A stretch of DNA of 64,000 nt. Origin: Ilumatobacteraceae bacterium. GTDB lineage: Bacteria; Actinomycetota; Acidimicrobiia; Acidimicrobiales; Ilumatobacteraceae. The stretch lies in the NCBI GenBank assembly GCA_942492715.1, contig CALOFW010000024.1, forward strand, positions 587-64,586, read 5' to 3'. Below, one piece after another: positions 62,172 through 64,000 of this stretch. The notes beneath the pieces are model-generated. The model was not told where the DNA came from and did no database searches. It was given only the letters and a program-made list of their open reading frames with translations. The translations under genes and the position numbers were made by a program. Positions within the stretch are counted from its first letter, which is position 1. Every line of letters starts with the position of its first letter.

Positions 62172-63140
62172 TCACCGGCGCCAGGGGCGGTCGGGGTCGA
62201 ACAGGTGCATGTCGAAGCGCTGCGAGAGCTCCTCGAACACGCGCAGCCCGCGCACGCTGTTGCCGATCCCGTCGAGCCGCGGTGAGAACGTGGCCATCCC
62301 GCCCACGCCGGGCAACATCCCGAGGATGCCGCCGCCGACACCACTCTTCGCGGGGATTCCGACCGAGTAGGCCCACTCGCCGGCGTAGTTGTACATCCCG
62401 CACGTCAGCGCCACGGTCAGCATGTCTCGCGTCACCTCCCGGGGCACCACCTGTTCGCCGGTGATCGGGTGGACACCGTGGTTCGCGATCGTGGTGCCGA
62501 TGACGGCGAGGTCGCGTGCGGTGACGAGTACCGAGCACTGCCCGAAGTAGAGGTCGAGGGTGACCTCGACGGCATCGCCGATGATGCCTCGGCTCAGCAT
62601 CAGGTAGGCGATTGCACGGTTGCGGTTGCCCGTGCGTCGTTCCGACGCCCAGACCTCCCGATCGATCTCCGGACGGTGGCCGAGGTACCGCTCGAACATC
62701 GACCGCATCTCCTCGACGCCCTCCTCGACCGATCCGCCGACCACCAGGTCGGTGATCGCGATCGCGCCGGCGTTGACCATCGGATTCGGCGCGCGGTTCG
62801 TGGCGTCGTCGAGCTCGATCGCATTGAAGGCGTCGCCGGTCGGGGCCACTCCGACACGTTCGAGCACGCGGTCGCGGCCGTGCATCTCGAGCGCGAGGCC
62901 GTACATCAGGAGCTTGGAGATCGACTGGATCGTGAAGGTCTGGTCGACATCGCCCACTCCGATGTGCTCGCCATCGGTCGTCATCGCGGCGATCGCGAAC
63001 CGGTCGGGATCGACGTCGGCGAGCTCCGGGATGTACGACGCCGGCTCGCCCTCGGTCAGCGGCCCGAACCGTTCGTGCAGCTCGAGACACGCCTGCTCGA
63101 ACCACGCCCGCCGGATCTCACGATCGTCCACATCGGTCAT
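62172..63140 (-). CDS. glsA: glutaminase A
   Basis: YIPELADVD..FTIQSISKLLMYGLAL..NPMVNAGAI..IPAKSGVGGGILG. Confidence 0.9.
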   Translation of the reverse strand: MTDVDDREIRRAWFEQACLELHERFGPLTEGEPASYIPELADVDPDRFAIAAMTTDGEHIGVGDVDQTFTIQSISKLLMYGLALEMHGRDRVLERVGVAPTGDAFNAIELDDATNRAPNPMVNAGAIAITDLVVGGSVEEGVEEMRSMFERYLGHRPEIDREVWASERRTGNRNRAIAYLMLSRGIIGDAVEVTLDLYFGQCSVLVTARDLAVIGTTIANHGVHPITGEQVVPREVTRDMLTVALTCGMYNYAGEWAYSVGIPAKSGVGGGILGMLPGVGGMATFSPRLDGIGNSVRGLRVFEELSQRFDMHLFDPDRPWRR

Positions 63141-63248
63141 GGGCCGCAGCGTAGGACCCGGGCACGGCGACCTCACCCGCACGTCTCGGCGGAACGTGTT
63201 TCGGCCGTTGCGGCCAGATCCGCCGAGAGTTGAACGGTGAGTTGGACG

Positions 63249-63545
63249 TCAGGCGGGGAGCAGCGTGCGGCGGGTCGGCCAGACGATGTCGGCGAGCGTC
63301 GGTGCGGTCGCAACACGATCACCGCGACCGACGACCTGGATCGACAGCTTGCAGAACGCACGCTCGCGGACGACGGCCGGCTCGGTCGGGTCGGCGAGCA
63401 CGCCGATCGCAACGGGGCTGGCGTCGACCGAGCGGGCGACCTCGACGAACGAGATCATCACGTCGGCGGGTACGGCTTCGATCCCCTCGGCCTCGATGGC
63501 GTCGGAGAACCGGTCGAGAAGTCGGCGAGTGGGGTTCGTTTCCAT
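63249..63545 (-). CDS. hypothetical protein
   Basis: METNPTRRLLDRFSDAIEAEGIEAVPADVMISFVEVARSVDASPVAIGVLADP... Divergent from the LysR gene. Confidence 0.45.
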   Translation of the reverse strand: METNPTRRLLDRFSDAIEAEGIEAVPADVMISFVEVARSVDASPVAIGVLADPTEPAVVRERAFCKLSIQVVGRGDRVATAPTLADIVWPTRRTLLPA

Positions 63546-63601
63546 GACTCCAACCTACGAACCGGCGAGGTCAATCACTAGCGATGCTTTCTGCTCATAT
63601 A

Positions 63602-63618
63602 CATCAGTTATGCTGATG
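63602..63618 (+). promoter_or_regulatory. inverted repeat CATCAG-N5-CTGATG overlapping a -10-like TATGCT; candidate LysR autoregulatory box and leaderless promoter
   Basis: CATCAGTTATGCTGATG. TATGCT at 63609-63614. ATG at 63623. No SD. Confidence 0.35.
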
Positions 63619-63622
63619 CTCA

Positions 63623-64000
63623 ATGCCCTCGCTCCGCGACCTCGACATGCGCCTGATCGTCACGTTCGACGCGGTCGCGCTCGAGGGAACGTTCGGGCGC
63701 GCCGCGGAGCGGCTCGGATACACGCAGTCGGCGGTCAGCCAGCAGATCGCATCGCTCGAGCGGGTCATCGGCGCCAAGGTCTTCGACCGTCCCGGCGGGC
63801 CGAGGCCGGTGGAACTGACACCGCTCGGGGCGCGCCTCCTCGAACACGGCCGGTCGCTGCTGGAACAGCTCGACCGGATCGCCGACGACCTCGACCGGTT
63901 CGAGGCGGGCGATGCAGGCCGGTTGCGCGTCGGCACGTTCCAGAGCATCTCCAACACCGTGCTCCCGCAGCTGATCGGGGCGATGCGGCGTGAGCTTCCG
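63623..64000 (+). CDS. LysR-family transcriptional regulator, 5' part (continues beyond the window)
   Basis: My translation from ATG 63623: MPSLRDLDMRLIVTFDAVALEGTFGRAAERLGYTQSAVSQQIASLERVIGAKVFDRPGGPRPVELTPLG. This is the typical LysR HTH. The frame is open to the window end. Confidence 0.8.
   Translation, partial: MPSLRDLDMRLIVTFDAVALEGTFGRAAERLGYTQSAVSQQIASLERVIGAKVFDRPGGPRPVELTPLGARLLEHGRSLLEQLDRIADDLDRFEAGDAGRLRVGTFQSISNTVLPQLIGAMRRELP

Noticed and set aside
1-64000. Search for tRNA, rRNA, tmRNA, integrase/transposase genes and prophage or island boundaries.
   Set aside because: No T-arm-like GGTTCGAATCC-type sequences or rRNA-like stretches were seen in intergenic regions. No recombinase or transposase signatures appeared in any ORF translation. 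The DUF222-HNH gene is the only mobile-like gene. A tRNAscan/Infernal run would be needed for certainty.

Overview
High-GC actinobacterial-type chromosomal segment. Supporting markers are SARP regulators, an Rpf-type transglycosylase, a DUF222-HNH (13E12-like) gene and many MazEF/VapBC pairs. It is densely coding, with about 70 CDS on both strands. I found no rRNA, tRNA, CRISPR array, integrase or transposase. Most content is housekeeping or accessory metabolism: sarcosine-oxidase-like flavoprotein, acyl-CoA synthetase, folB-folK-folP-like operon, tryptophanase-family lyase, cysteine synthase, glutaminase, EF-G paralogue, aldo/keto reductase and two flavin monooxygenases. These are interleaved with cell-envelope lipoproteins carrying peptidoglycan-binding domains and with six type II toxin-antitoxin pairs. 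Observations worth a second look: (1) A 50-nt palindromic intergenic element (GTTTGCG..GGTGACCCGnCCCACCCGrA..ACGCAAAC) is present in eight copies, all in the same orientation. Two direct doublets of it bracket the acylphosphatase gene and two single copies bracket a cupin gene. (2) A module of a leaderless-type papain-like C1 peptidase, a small protein sharing the peptidase's uncharacterised C-terminal domain, and a chagasin-family (I42) inhibitor. It lies next to a divergent SARP regulator, with four 11-nt-phased heptads upstream of the peptidase. (3) A membrane protein with about 5.9 near-perfect 75-bp (25-aa) tandem repeats, divergent from a second SARP regulator. (4) A protein built from roughly 20 copies of a 13-residue xxAxxWxxxGxxP repeat. 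(5) At the left edge (1-3757), five consecutive genes (recC, TPR, hypothetical, PTP-loop phosphatase, ECF sigma) can only be read by changing frame. This points to local assembly indels or a decaying block. (6) Antitoxin genes have -10-like hexamers 6-8 nt upstream of their start codons and no Shine-Dalgarno sequence, which suggests leaderless transcripts. All calls rest on by-eye motif recognition in the supplied ORF translations and on my own retranslation of selected stretches. No database search was run.
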